From Octopus vulgaris (taxonomy: Eukaryota): DNA of 64,000 nucleotides. Where the stretch lies: positions 15,128,001-15,192,000 of the forward strand of contig OX597827.1 in the NCBI GenBank assembly GCA_951406725.2, read 5' to 3'. Below are positions 37,271 through 50,592 of this stretch, piece after piece (within the stretch, counting starts at the first letter, position 1; every line of letters begins with the position of its first letter). A program made the translations under genes and the position numbers. A model generated the notes under the pieces. It had not been told where the DNA came from and made no database searches. It worked only from the letters and a program-made list of their open reading frames with translations.

Positions 37271-38710
37271 GTTATAATAAAAACAGTTTTACATTAAACT
37301 GAAGAATTATTCAATCATTTTTATTGAGTACATATTTACAAGCATAGTGGTGACAGTGACTTCGCAGTTTCAGCCTGCCAGCCTCCGTTGGGTTCCTGCT
37401 GGAGTCATCTACTCCAAGAGGAACCAAAACTGTATCACAGTCTGCCGATTAAACACATACACTATTTCACTATTTATTGGATCCTCACTTCAGTGTGTGG
37501 CAAAAACGCCTTGTGGCAATTCTTCCATCACTTTACATATTCTGTTCAAGTCCAGCTGAGGTCAACTATTCAGGGTCAATAAAGTGCTAGTCAAATACTG
37601 GGGTCACTGCTACTGAGTGCAACCCAGCCCTCAAAATAACTGGCACTATTATTAGTCAGCTAATTAGCTAATTAACCAACTGACAAACGAACTGCTTGAT
37701 CAGTCATTCTCTCAATCAGCTATTCACAACTTCATTGATGATAAAAACTCTGGCAAATCAATAGATAGATTAATTGATTGAGCCATCAAACCAAGCAATT
37801 GGTTAGTTCACTGGTTAATTAGTTAACTAGCTGCTTACTAATAATACTAACCAATTTGCAAGGCTTTTAACAAAACTGACCCTTACTAAGGCACAACATC
37901 TGTTTTTATACTCAATTTCACAGCAAGAATCTTCCAAAATAGATCCCAAAACAATATATAATATGCATATATATATATATATATATATATATAGCAAGAG
38001 AGAGAGAAGAGGGAGGGGAGAAAGGGGGGAGATGTCTATGTATATGTCTACGTGTGTGTGCATATACACATGTGTACATGTACATGCATGTTTGTGTATA
38101 TACATACTTATGTATATGTGTATACGTAAGTATCTGTATACAAAAGTATGTATGGCCACTTACATATATTTGCATACATATTTACGTATTAATACATGTA
38201 TTTATGCGCATACATGTATAAGCACTAATCATAATCATATACAGACACACACACACACACATACACACACATATATATATATATACACACACACTTCTAT
38301 ATATATATACTTGCAAACAGGGCTTAAACTGAAGAAATTTAGTAAATCGTTTTATTGGGGTTCCTGGAGCATAGTGGTGACAGTGACTAAAGTATTCCAG
38401 CCTGCCAGTCTATGAGATATTCTGGAGTCATCTACTCCAAGGGAGGGGGTAAAAGAGAATCCTAGGTTTCAGACAGATGTACTGGTTGAACCCTCTTCTT
38501 ATAGTCCATGCAAACAAATCAATATGCAAACACATATATATATATATATTAGTTGTAAAGATATATAATTTGCAGACACCATGAAAATGTAATCTCACCA
38601 TATTAAATGAAGAAAAGAAATGGATTTCTTAGTATTATATTTAGAAATATCAAAATACCTTAAATCAGTTGACACTGGAAAAACATGTCAGTTTATATAT
38701 ATGTTGAAGC

Positions 38711-38743
<33 letters not shown>

Positions 38744-38749
38744 TGCTTT

Positions 38750-38960
38750 TCAGAATGTGACCTCGTGAAGACCACTTGCAATTTTTTATCCTCTGTCCTC
38801 CCACCTCGGGATCTTTCTTTCTCCTATGTTTCCGACGAAGAGCTCCGCTCAAAACATCATACCCTCCTTCTTCCCTTCTTTCCTGAGCGTCCAATAATAC
38901 TTTATTTGTTCCACATCCTTGCGTTGTTGTCTTTTGGTTTTCTTGTTTGGATTAACTATA
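38750..38960 (+). mobile_element. Degenerate copy of the 37065 element
   Basis: gttt-CCGACGA-agagctccgctc-AAAAC-ATC. Confidence 0.75.
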
Positions 38961-39063
38961 TCATCATCATCATCATCATCATCGTTTAACGTCCGTTTTC
39001 CGCGCTAGCACGGGTTGGACGGTTCGACCGGGGTCTAGATATATATATATATATATATACATA

Positions 39064-39352
39064 CACAAAATGCCACCTGCACAGAGGATTAACCACTCGA
39101 GCTTTTAAAGGGACAGCCGGGGTAGAGTTGAGTTGGGGGTGGTGCTGAGAAAGGATGAAAAGAGAGGGATAGACGTCAAAATCACCATTTTCCAAGGAGA
39201 ATGGTGAAGGTTCGTCAAGAAATATAAAAAAAATTCAGCAAAAATGAATTTTTTTTCTTGAGAACACATCCTCCGTAGAAAATGGCAATTTTGACGTCTA
39301 TATCTAGCATACAGGCTGTCCACTTTTAGTGGTCAATCCTCTAAATTTTGTG
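39064..39352. mobile_element. MITE with CAC termini flanked by TA
   Basis: cacaaaat..agaggattaaccact..ggacagcc / ggctgtcc..agtggtcaatcctct..attttgtg. Confidence 0.7.
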
Positions 39353-39393
<41 letters not shown>

Positions 39394-39624
39394 TAAATTA
39401 GAGATAAAACCACTATTAGGCAACTCAAGCAGTGATAGACATAAATTTTATTTAATCCTAAATCTAATTTTTCCCTGTAAGTTTGGATATAATCCCTAAT
39501 ATTATTATTATATATATATATATATATTTACATATATATATATTCTTTTATTCTTTCACTTGTTTCAGTCATTTGACTGTGGCCATGCTGGAGCACTGCC
39601 TTTAGTCGAACTTATTGAATTTAC

Positions 39625-40203
39625 TTATAGATACAGTTGTACATAGGGTAAATGTGTTTCAAAGTTGTGGTTTCTTTGATTTGTTTGTTCCCAAAGAACA
39701 CTTATTTTAGTACTGTTGACACTGCCAGATTGAATGGTACTGCCTAGTGTTGAATTGTTGGTATTGCTGGTATGGCTGTGGAATAGTATTATAACACATC
39801 CTTTTGATATATATATATATATGATACGTATTCTTTTTACAGGATGGCCCAAAATTTGCTCTAACATTTAATACATACAAATATATTAAATGGTAGCTTG
39901 AATTTTTGGTCATACTGTATTTACTTTTCCTGGTCAAAATTCTTTTATTTCTGGAAAAAAGGTGATCATCAAAGGCTCACCTTCTTCTTTCATCACAGGT
40001 ACTGTAGTGCAGTAAATTAATAAGTGTTGAGTGAGCAATATACATGTCAGCGGGTTTGTATATTAATTAGTGTATGTATATTAGCAGGATTAAAAATAAA
40101 ACCGTCTCCACTATTCAATTAAACAAACTGAAACTTTTAATTACTCAGTTACTAACTAGTATGTTAAGAATGTGAACGAACGAACGTACATACATACATA
40201 CAT

Positions 40204-40242
<39 letters not shown>

Positions 40243-42143
40243 CATACATACATACATATCACTGGTGAAGGCACATGGCTCAGTGGTTAGACGATTGGGC
40301 TCACAATCATGAGGTAGTGAGTTCTTTTCCTGGACCGGGCTGCATGTTGTGTTCTTGAGCAAGACACTTCATTTTCCATTGCTTCTGTTCACTCATCCAT
40401 AGAAATTGAGCTGCGATGTCACTGGTGCTAAGCTGTATTGGCCCCTTTGCCTTTCCCTTGGATAACATTGGTGGCATGGAGAGGGGAACTGGTATGCAGG
40501 GGCAACTGCTGGTCTTCAATAAACAATCTTGCCTGGACTTGTGCCTCAGAGGGGAACATTTTAAGTGCAATCCCATGGTCATTCATGACCAAAAAGGGTC
40601 TTTACCCTTTATGTATGTCCTTTTCTACTCTAGGCACAAGGCCCGAAATTTTTGGAGAGGGGGCCAGTCAATTAGATCGACTCTAGTATACAGCTGGTAC
40701 TTAATTTATCGACCCTGAAAGGATGAAAGGCAAATTCAACCTTGGCAGGATTTGAACTCAGAACGTAAAAACAGACGAAATGCCACAAAGCATTGCGCCT
40801 GGCATACTAACATTTTTTATTTCTTTATTGCCCACAAGGGGCTAAACATAGAGGGGACAAACAAGGACAGGCAAAGAGATTAAGTCGATTACATCGACCC
40901 CAGTGCATAACTGGTACTTAATTTATCGACCCCGAGAGGATGAAAGGCAAAGTCGACCTCGGCGGAATTTGAACTCACATGTAACAGCAGACGAAATACC
41001 GCTAAGCATTGCGCCCAGCATGCTAACATTTCTGCCAGCTCGCCACCTTACTCTTTACGTATATCACTGTACTGACCAAGCTTTCAGATGTTTGCAGGCT
41101 ACAATGTGCTTCCTTGCATTGTTGTAGCTTTCAAATGATGCTTCCTCTGCTGGCTAAAAACAAGTAAGACGACATTTTCTTCAGAATGGATCACAGTTTG
41201 TTACAGGGCAACTCTTTCACAGTTGAGTGGACTGGAGCAATGCGAAATGAAGTGCTTTGCTGAAGAACGCAAGGCACCACTGGTCAGGGAAGTAAAACCA
41301 CAACCTTTCAATCAACAGTGCAACACCATAACAACTAGGCCCCATGCCTTCACAGACATATATTATATACACACATATATATATCATATATATATATATA
41401 TATACACACACATATATCATATCATATATATATATATATACACACACATATATCATATCATATATATATATATATACACACACATATATCATATCATATA
41501 TATATATATATACACACACATATATCATATCATATATATATATATACACACACATATATCATATCATATATATATATATATATACACACACACATATATC
41601 ATATCATATATATAGGGAGAGTTTACGAAAAAAAACAAAAGACGAAGACAGGTGGTGTACAAAACAAACAGATGTATTAGTATAACGCTCAGGAATAGAA
41701 AAAGTCTTTTACGTATTGAGCCTACACTCTTCTACAGAAAGGGACACAGAAAAAACAAGGAGAGAAAGAAATGTGTGTAGTGGCTAACGATCTATCATGG
41801 CAACTAGTGCCGGACAGAAGGGTCAACATGAGGAGGAAAGTAGGGGAGATAACAAGGTAAATATGTGTATATATATATGAAACAGGGAAAGAACTCGCTG
41901 CTTCATGATTGGGAGTCCAATGTTCTAACCACTGAGCCATGTGCCTTCACCAGGGATATGTATGTATGTATGTCTCGTTTGTCTGTTTTTTCATTGTTCA
42001 AAAAACAGTTCGTTTTCTATGTTTTTGCTTTTATGTTTTCATTTCTCTGTGTTCAACGTTTTTTTTTTATGTCCTGTACCCCTATATGCATGTATATATA
42101 CATATATATGTAGGTATGTAAAACATACCTAAAACATTTTTAA

Positions 42144-42187
<44 letters not shown>

Positions 42188-42790
42188 CAACAATTGAGGG
42201 TAAAATTAATTAATTAATCAATTTCACCAAGTATTCAGTATGCAAAGGGACCATTTAAGGCGAATTCAAATTATTACATTATATAAAAGGGCTTAGTAAA
42301 ATAAATTACTTTGCCGCATACTGAACTCATTAGAAATAGCAGCTAAAAAAACTTTTTTAAAACTATTTCCAATACTTAAAGAAAATCTCTCTCGTAAAGT
42401 GTTTGCTCAATTCAACTCACGAAAGTATGAGGGTAGAAACATTAAAAAATCAAATGCAAAGGTTATTTGAGAACGTACGTTTCAAGATTAGTCAAAAAGA
42501 CATTTCTATCATCAGCTCAGAACTCCCTGGTTTGGATTTGAAAACACTGAAAGTAGGAGCTGATGATAGAAATGTCTTTTTGACTAATCTTGAAACGTAC
42601 GTTCTCAAATAACCTTTGCATTTGATTTTTTAATGTTTCTACCCTCATAGTTTCGTGAGTTGAATTGAGCAAACACTTTACGAGAGAGATTTTCTTTAAG
42701 TATTGGAAATAGTTTTAAAAAAGTTTTTTTAGCTGCTATTTCTAATGAGTTCAGTATGCGGCAAAGTAATTTATTTTACTAAGCCCTTTT

Positions 42791-42838
<48 letters not shown>

Positions 42839-45800
42839 GTATATAATGTGTGTGTGTGTGTGTACATGTATGCATATTTACAGGCACATATTACACATAG
42901 TTTTGCAGTATACTTTAAAAATTTAGTTCTAAGTGAATAATTTTTTATTCATTTTTAACTTAACTGTTTGTAATTGACTATTGACAATACTCAGTGGCTT
43001 CTTAGTGTGTACACACACACACACACACACACACACAGATTCTCAAAATAAATCTCTCCATTACCAGATCCACTATTCAGCTAACTACCAGGTATTTATT
43101 TTGAGCATTTCAGCAACTATTCTCAATGGACCAGCAGCTTCCCTAACCACTCCTTAATCTATCTTAGTCTATCTATCATACCGTTTTCAACTTTAGTTGT
43201 TGATCATTCTGTCAGGGTCTTTCAGCAGTTTCTCAGGATAACACTTCTACATATCTGTTTTGTCCTCAGTACTAAGGACAAGGACCCCACTATCAATCTC
43301 TCCAATGACACCTTGATTTTTCTCTCACACACTATCGTGCAATCTGAAACACTCCATTCCTCTGATACTCATGTCACAGAACAAGTGCAAATCTCTTACT
43401 TTCTGCTTTCATTTACCTTAGTATAATTTGCCTAAATATAACTTGCTCGGTGGCGAGCTGGCAGAAACGTTAGCACGCCAGGCGAAATGCTTTGCGGTAT
43501 TTCGTCTGCCGTTACGTTCTGGGTTCAAATTCCGCCGAGGTCGACTTTACCTTTCATCCTTTCGGGCTCGATAAATTAAGTACCAGTTACGCACTGGGGT
43601 TGATGTAATCAACTTGATCCGTTCGTCTGTCCTTGTTTGTCGTCTCAGTGTTTGGCCCCTTGTGGGTAGTAAAGAAATATATATAATTTGCCAAGTTTCC
43701 CTTCAATGTAATACTCTCTGCTTTCACCTCCCTTCCAGACTTTTCAAGCTTGTCTCTTAGCTTTGAAAGCTCTAGTTAGCATACCTTCTACCATCATGTC
43801 ACTTTCTTTCTGGCCTGGACATAAGACTAACCACACATCCAATCTGTAGTTCTCGGTAGGTTACCTCTCAAGGACTCTCAGTGGATCTTTTCGATTTGAA
43901 CGGCAGTTTTTTCTAGTGGTGTCATATGAAATTGTTACCCATAATTATGACCCTAGTATCGATCTATTACATTTCAATCTGTTTTAGGGTTAGGGTTAGA
44001 GTTAGGGGTGGGGGGAAGGGTATCTTTTTTTCTTCACAAATGTAAATAAGCCCAATCTGTTTCTTAAACGGGACATATTCATACGGCACAGAATGTTTTC
44101 ACCTCAATAGATGTCATTGATTGGTTAAAATTGCAGAAATTGAAGAAAAAAAAAACCAACAAATATCTTACAAACTATAAATTTTTCTCAATAAACCAAG
44201 AGAAAAAGATGTTTTATAAACACATTTCTACCAGTATACGAAGTTTAAAAGCGTTTAGTTACCTAGAAATTATTTTTAAAAACTGCCAGTCAAACTGAAA
44301 ATATCCCTCTCAGTTGTTACCTGTGCTATATGTCTCCGTTTCCTCTTCTCTACTGCCATGTACATCAACTAGGATTCTTCTAAAGCTGTAGGTTCCTTCA
44401 GCTTCTATATCTACCTTTTCCAGATCATTTCCTGTCCCTGATTCTGCCTTGCTCTGACTCTAAAGTCAATAACCACTAAGGCAGCGAGCTGGCAGAATCG
44501 TTAGCACGCTGGGCGAAATGCGTAGCCGTATTTCGTCTGCCGTTACGTTGTGAGTTCAAATTCCGCCGAGGTCGACTTTTGCCTTTCATCCTTTCGGGGT
44601 CGATAAATTAAGTACCAGTTTCGCACTGGGGTCGATATAATCGACTTAATCCACCTGTCTGTCCTTGTTTGTCCCCTCTGTGTTTAGCCCCTTGTGGGCA
44701 ATAAAGAAACATATATTTATCAATCTTGAAAGGATGAAAATCTAAGTTGATATAAACCCATAGTGCTGGACCAGGTTCTAAAAAGGACTAAAAAAAGAAA
44801 ATTGTTTGTCCACTCTGTGTTTAGCCCCTTGTGGGTAGTAAAGAAATAATAACCACTAATTTATGTTGGTAGTGCATTTGTCGCCAGAAAAAGCTTTATC
44901 CTTTACAACAGTCTGCCCATCCATTTCCTGGGGACAATGAAATCTGTCTGACTCGAATGTTAGACAAATTTCAAAGGTGATGAGGAAGCTAGTCGGTTTC
45001 TTTAGGTGTGTTTAACAAATTGTGAAATTAGTTGCATCGCAGAAGTCTAGGAGCCTTAAACCCTCTTCATTTCTGGATCATAGCCATAGCCTATGTGGCC
45101 ATCACTAAGGCCTCACCTTGTATATTAATATGGCTGTGTGTGTGTGTGTGTGTGAGTGTGAGTATGCATGTGTGTGTATGTGTATCTATGTATCTATGTA
45201 TGTATGTATGTATCCATGTATATGGAATGTGTGTGTGTGTGAGTGTGTGTGTGTGTATGTGTATATATGTAGCTATGTATGTATGTATCCATGTATATAG
45301 ATATGTGTGTGTGGGTGTATGCGTGTGTGTGTGTGTATGTGTATCTATGTATCTATGTATGTATGCATTTATGCTTGTATACGGATGTGTGTGTGTGTAT
45401 CTATGTGTGTATGTATGCATGTGTATGGATATATGTGTATGTCTCTTTGTATTTGTTCCACCACCTCTTGATAATCGTGTATATAGACATGTGTGTGTGT
45501 GTGTGTGTGTGTGTGAGTGCATGTGTGTGTCAGTATGAGTGTGTGTGTATATCAATGTATCTATGTATGTATGGTGAGGGCGCATGGCTTAGTGGTTAGG
45601 GCATTCGGCTCATGATCGTAAGGTTGTGAGTTCGATTCCCGGCGACGCGTTGTGTCCTTGAGCAAGACACTTTATTTCACGTTGCTACAGTCCACTCAGC
45701 TGGCAAAAATGAGTTGTACTTGTATTTCAAAGGGTCAGCCTTGTCACTCTCTGTGTCACGCTGATTATCCCCGAGAACTACGTTAAGGGTACACGTGTCT

Positions 45801-47306
45801 GTGGAATACTCAGCCATTTGCACGTTAATTTCACGAGCAAGCTGTTCCGTTGATCGTATCAGCTGGGACCCTCGTCGTCGTAACCGGCGGAGTCTTTAAT
45901 GTATGTATGCATGTATGCTTGTATAGGGATGTGTGTGTATGTGTATCTATGTGTGGATGTATGTGTATGGATATATGTGTATGTGTCTTTGTATTTGTTC
46001 CATCACCTCTTGGATAATCTTTGTCGGATTTTTTACATGTCCAAAATATTGTGGTTTGACAAGAAAATTTTTAAATGGAGTTATAAGAACAAGTACCAAA
46101 CTTAAAATAAGTCCATAGGTTCATTTAACTGAACCCATCAAGGAAGTGCTCCATCTTGGCCACAGTCCAATGAATGAAACAAGCAAAAGGATTAAAAAAA
46201 AATAAGGATATACATAAATATATATATGTATGCACATATTTTATACGATATATATTATATGGCATATACAGTTATATATATTATCACACAGACACACACA
46301 AACACATATATACACATATTATATGACACGCACACATTTTACATATTGGAGTCTGGTGCAATCTTCCAGTTTGCCAACCCTGGTCAAATTGACCAACCCA
46401 TACCAGCATGGACAATGGACGTTAAATGATGATGATTGTGATGATGATAGTGGTCATGATGGTGGTGATGGTGATGATGATGATGATGGTGGTGATGGTG
46501 GTGGTGATGATGGTGGTGATGATGATGATGGTGGTGATGATGGTGGTGATGATGGTGGTGATGATGGTGGTGATGATGGTGGTGATGATGATGATGATGA
46601 TGGTGATGATGATGGTGGTGGTGGTGGTGATGGTGGTGATGGTGATGGTGATGATGGTGGTGATGATGATGAGGATGGTGATGGTGATTATGATGTATAG
46701 ACCTATATATGTATATACTCAATATATACACATTTATACACATATCCATATATATGACATACATACACTTATACTCATACCTCTACATACATATATAGAT
46801 ATATACAATGCGTGTGTATGTGTGTGTGTGTGTGTGTGTATGTCTGTATGTATGATGTATGCGTGTAAGAGATATGATATGATATGATATGATATGATAA
46901 GAGAGACAAACAATAAGAGAAGAGGGAACCATAAAGAGTTATATAGGAATTTATCTACATTTCTTTTTTATTTGTGTGTGCCAATGTTAGACTTCTATTT
47001 CCATTCAAATTCATGTGAAAATAGGGTTATCATACATAGCAATGCATGCATTCATATACACATACATACATACATACATACATACATACATACATACATA
47101 CACATACATACATACATATACATACATACATATATATATACATACATATATATATACATACATATATATATACATACATATATATATACATACATATATA
47201 TATACATACATATATATATATACATACATACATATACATACATACATACATATACATACATACATACATACATATATACATATACATACATATATATAGA
47301 TACATA

Positions 47307-47392
<86 letters not shown>

Positions 47393-47505
47393 CATACATA
47401 TATATATACATACATATATATATACACATATATATACATACATATATATATATACATACATATACATATACATACATATACATATACATACATATACATA
47501 CATAC

Positions 47506-47536
<31 letters not shown>

Positions 47537-47617
47537 GATACATACATACATATATACATACATACATACATACATACATATACATACATACATATACATA
47601 CATACATACATACACAC

Positions 47618-47692
<75 letters not shown>

Positions 47693-47707
47693 CATATACA
47701 TACATAT

Positions 47708-47758
<51 letters not shown>

Positions 47759-47860
47759 TATATATATATATATGTATGTATATACAAATATGTATACACA
47801 CACACATCTTTATGTATCATTCATACACTGAGATTCCCAGATAAAACTGTAGATAAGTAA

Positions 47861-47910
<50 letters not shown>

Positions 47911-49350
47911 TACTGGTAGATCATTTTCAAAGGGACTCTACCTCTCAGGCGCTGAAGAAATCAGTTAATAAAAATAGAGCTTCGCTAAACTTCACCCTCC
48001 AGAACCATTAAATTTAGCTGTCTTACCTTTTTCCTCACTCCCCATCCGCCTTCTGTTTTTTCTATACCTTTTTTCTTCTCGTAACCCCTCCCCCCTTCTT
48101 TCTTTTCCTTTATTTTTATTTTTTTTTTTTTTTTTCATGTACCTCATGCATGTCCTAATTCACTTCCTTTCCTCTCATTTATTAATTTTTTTTTTTCCCA
48201 TTCCTCTTCAAATTGTTGATAAACCTCCAGACATCCAGCTGTCATTCTCAGAATCTAGTTCCCTCTTCTTTCTAGTCATTTGATAACTACATTTCCCTTA
48301 CAAATAAACTGGCTGCACTAACTCCCAAGAATTGTCCAACAGAATTAGTAACAGTAGTAGTAGTAGTAGTAGTCATAGTGGTAATCTTTCATTCAAAGAG
48401 AAGCTAAAGTAGAAAACTAACTGGATTACATTCATCTTCCAGAATATGAAAATGGTAAATCTATCAGAAGAAGCATTTGTTGACATACAGAAACGGTTTC
48501 AACACTCCTGAGAGCAATACGATTGGTCTAGAAAGTTGAAAGCTGAATTCTAAAAATAACCATAGGTGCAGTGAAATAAGCTTAGACCTTAAGGAATCTG
48601 TTGTTTTGAAAGGATTTTTGTTTATTTTTAGCACTTTAAGGATAAAAGAATTCATCTACAGCACCACTTTTTTTTTATATCTTAGTATTAATTTCAAGCG
48701 ATGCAGAAGAATGAAGAATTTATTTTCTCATATCAAATTTTGACAAGACAAAAACAAACAAGAATGGTTCTGAATTTTTGGTTACAGGGAGCCCTAGTGA
48801 AAAAGGTTTGCACCACACCACAAGAAAGCCACACCTTTGACACTGAATACACTATTTAGAAAAACTTATAACACACCGATATGATAAGGTAGCGCACCCA
48901 GATATTCCATGTCTAGATTTTGTTACATATTGCCTCATCCCTCTTTAAGATCAGGTACACATTTAGGGAATGTTAGTAATACTCTTACTTCTATGCTGTT
49001 TCTATTTCTCTCCCCGTTTACTAAAGGTATTTATAAACACAGTTGAGTTAGTGTTCGCATATTTAATTCTGGAAGCATCAGAAAATATCTAGAAAACATT
49101 ATGTGATGAGGTAAAAAGAAAAAAAAACATACATTACTCATTAATTTGTACTGCTTTGATTTATATCTGGATTTCTCTTCTTTACTTACTGAATGAATCG
49201 AAACAGTATTGTTTTATCATGTGGATAGCATCTAAGACTAAATAATTCCTGAAATATTCCCATTTTCCTGTTCCTACAAATGTACATTCTGGTACATTTA
49301 CATCTTGGACCAACCACTGTTTCCAAATAAACAGTGAAATCTGTGCTTCT
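39625..49350 (-). CDS. Tentative spliced ORF of unknown product: exons 49350-49190, 48549-48489, (39950-39828), 39775-39625
   Basis: Canonical AG/GT borders and mutually compatible phases give a stop-free frame ending at TAA 39625; no homology recognised and no start found. Confidence 0.25.
40264..40610 (+). mobile_element. SINE family E (tRNA head, tgtgttcttgagcaagacactt core)
   Basis: A box tggctcagtggttag; antisense head fragment at 41876-41952. Confidence 0.8.
40630..41046 (-). mobile_element. Two adjacent family B SINEs
   Basis: Reverse-complement matches at 40630-40815 and 40816-41046. Confidence 0.85.
41370..41612. repeat. Minisatellite of ~33-bp units (tacacacacatatatcatatcatatatata...)
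   Basis: About seven units. Confidence 0.9.
41615..41870 (-). mobile_element. TA-embedded element, CUGUCGA hammerhead-like family
   Basis: Minus strand: cttt-CTGTAGA-agagtgtaggctc-AATAC-GTA-aaag; collinear with 56285-56470. Confidence 0.65.
42185..42798. mobile_element. Large inverted-repeat element (~241-bp arms, 38-nt loop) in (TA)n
   Basis: Arms 42278-42518 and 42557-42798 are nearly identical; left overhang ~90 bp. Confidence 0.75.
43449..43678 (+). mobile_element. SINE family B, full length
   Basis: Family B match; tataatttgcc occurs on both flanks. Confidence 0.9.
43883..44306. mobile_element. MITE with an 8-bp TSD and GG termini (Merlin-like; hAT not excluded)
   Basis: TSD ctctcagt at 43875-82 and 44307-14; TIR ggatcttttcgatttgaacggcagttttt / aaaaactgccagtcaaactgaaaatatcc. 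Confidence 0.85.
44479..44850 (+). mobile_element. SINE family B with a duplicated tail
   Basis: Full copy to 44710, second tail 44803-44848; aataaccactaa occurs on both flanks. Confidence 0.88.
45573..45895 (+). mobile_element. Chimeric SINE: family E head plus family C tail
   Basis: gtccttgagcaagacactt head joined to tgtatttcaaaggg...gtcgtaaccggcggagt. Confidence 0.85.
46350..46693 (+). repeat. Family D RTE tail expanded into (GAT/GGT)n
   Basis: cagcatggacaatggacgttaaatgatg. Confidence 0.85.
47050..47908. repeat. (TACA)/(TA)/(CA) microsatellite
   Basis: Direct reading. Confidence 0.95.
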
Positions 49351-50227
49351 CTGAAGACATTTAATGCGACCAAAATATGTCCGGAGTTACCTTACATATT
49401 TACCAAAAAAATTTAAATAGTATTTTCAAACGAGACGATGAGCGATGGCTAGAAGGATATTGAGCTTTATTTGATAACCAGCTGATCTAGCAAGCAAGGC
49501 CTCATATCAGTGAGGGGGCTGGTGCGCATTGATGCCATCGAGAGGTAGGCCCCGAAATGGCACGCATTCTCTCCTGATGACCCTATACACTTGCTGGCTT
49601 CCGGTATACGGAGTTTTTGACTGGTAGCACTTACATGTGCAAGTTGTTTGCAAGACATCTATGCTTCTTTTTTTTTTTTCACTACAAAGTCATTTTTCTA
49701 GTTAGCTTTAGATACACTCTGTATTAAATATTTCAGCACTAACTTATGTATCATTGCAGCGTGGAAGGTGTTTGTAAGCCATTTAAAAAACACACAAAAG
49801 CCGTTCGATTCACTTCAACATTTAAGTTTAATTTGTCTAAATATTTTCGTCGCTTTAAGACTGCGACCTCTTCACTGACAAAAATCCGAGCTGCATCTGA
49901 GAAAGTAACAGTTAGTTCGTTATATATATATGTACGTATGTATGTGTGTATGTATGTATACACACATGTATGCATGCATGCATGTATGTATGTACGTACG
50001 TATGCACGCCTGTGTGTGTATGTATGTATGTATGTATGTATGTATGTGTGTGTGTGTGTATATGCACGCACATACACATTATAAACTTAAAGCTATAAAC
50101 CTGTAGTGATGTATCATTCCTTTATGCAAATGGCATTTTAGAGAAATTCATTTTCAAAACATATTCATAAACATGGCACATCGGCATTTTAAAGTATAGA
50201 AATTATTTTATAAAACTGTAATCAGAC

Positions 50228-50592
50228 ACAGGCATGGCTGTGTGGTAAGAAGCTTGCTTCCCAACCACACAGTTCCGGGTTCAATACCACTGCATAGCAT
50301 CTTGGGCAAGTACCTACCACTAGTGGATTTGGTAGATGGAAACTGAAAGAAACCCATCGTATATGTGTGTGTCTTTGTGTCTGTGTTTGTCCTTCCTACC
50401 ATTGCTTGACAACCAATGTTGGTGTGTTTACATCTCTGTCATTTAGTGGTCCAACAAAAGAGACCAACAGAATAAGTACTAAGCTTACAAAGACTAAGTC
50501 CTGGGTTTGATTTCTTTGACTAAAAAAAAACCTTTAAGGCAGTGCTCCAGCATGACCACAGTCAAATGACAGAAACAAGTAAAAGAATAAGA
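50228..50592 (+). mobile_element. SINE family A with an internal deletion
   Basis: Family A match. Confidence 0.85.

Noticed and set aside
42557-42580. Ultra-minimal hammerhead gagCTGATGAtaGAAATGTC
   Set aside because: No stem II and only weak G-U pairing for stem I; likely chance
43984-44008. True telomere or chromosome-fusion scar
   Set aside because: Only about four units, and internal to a MITE
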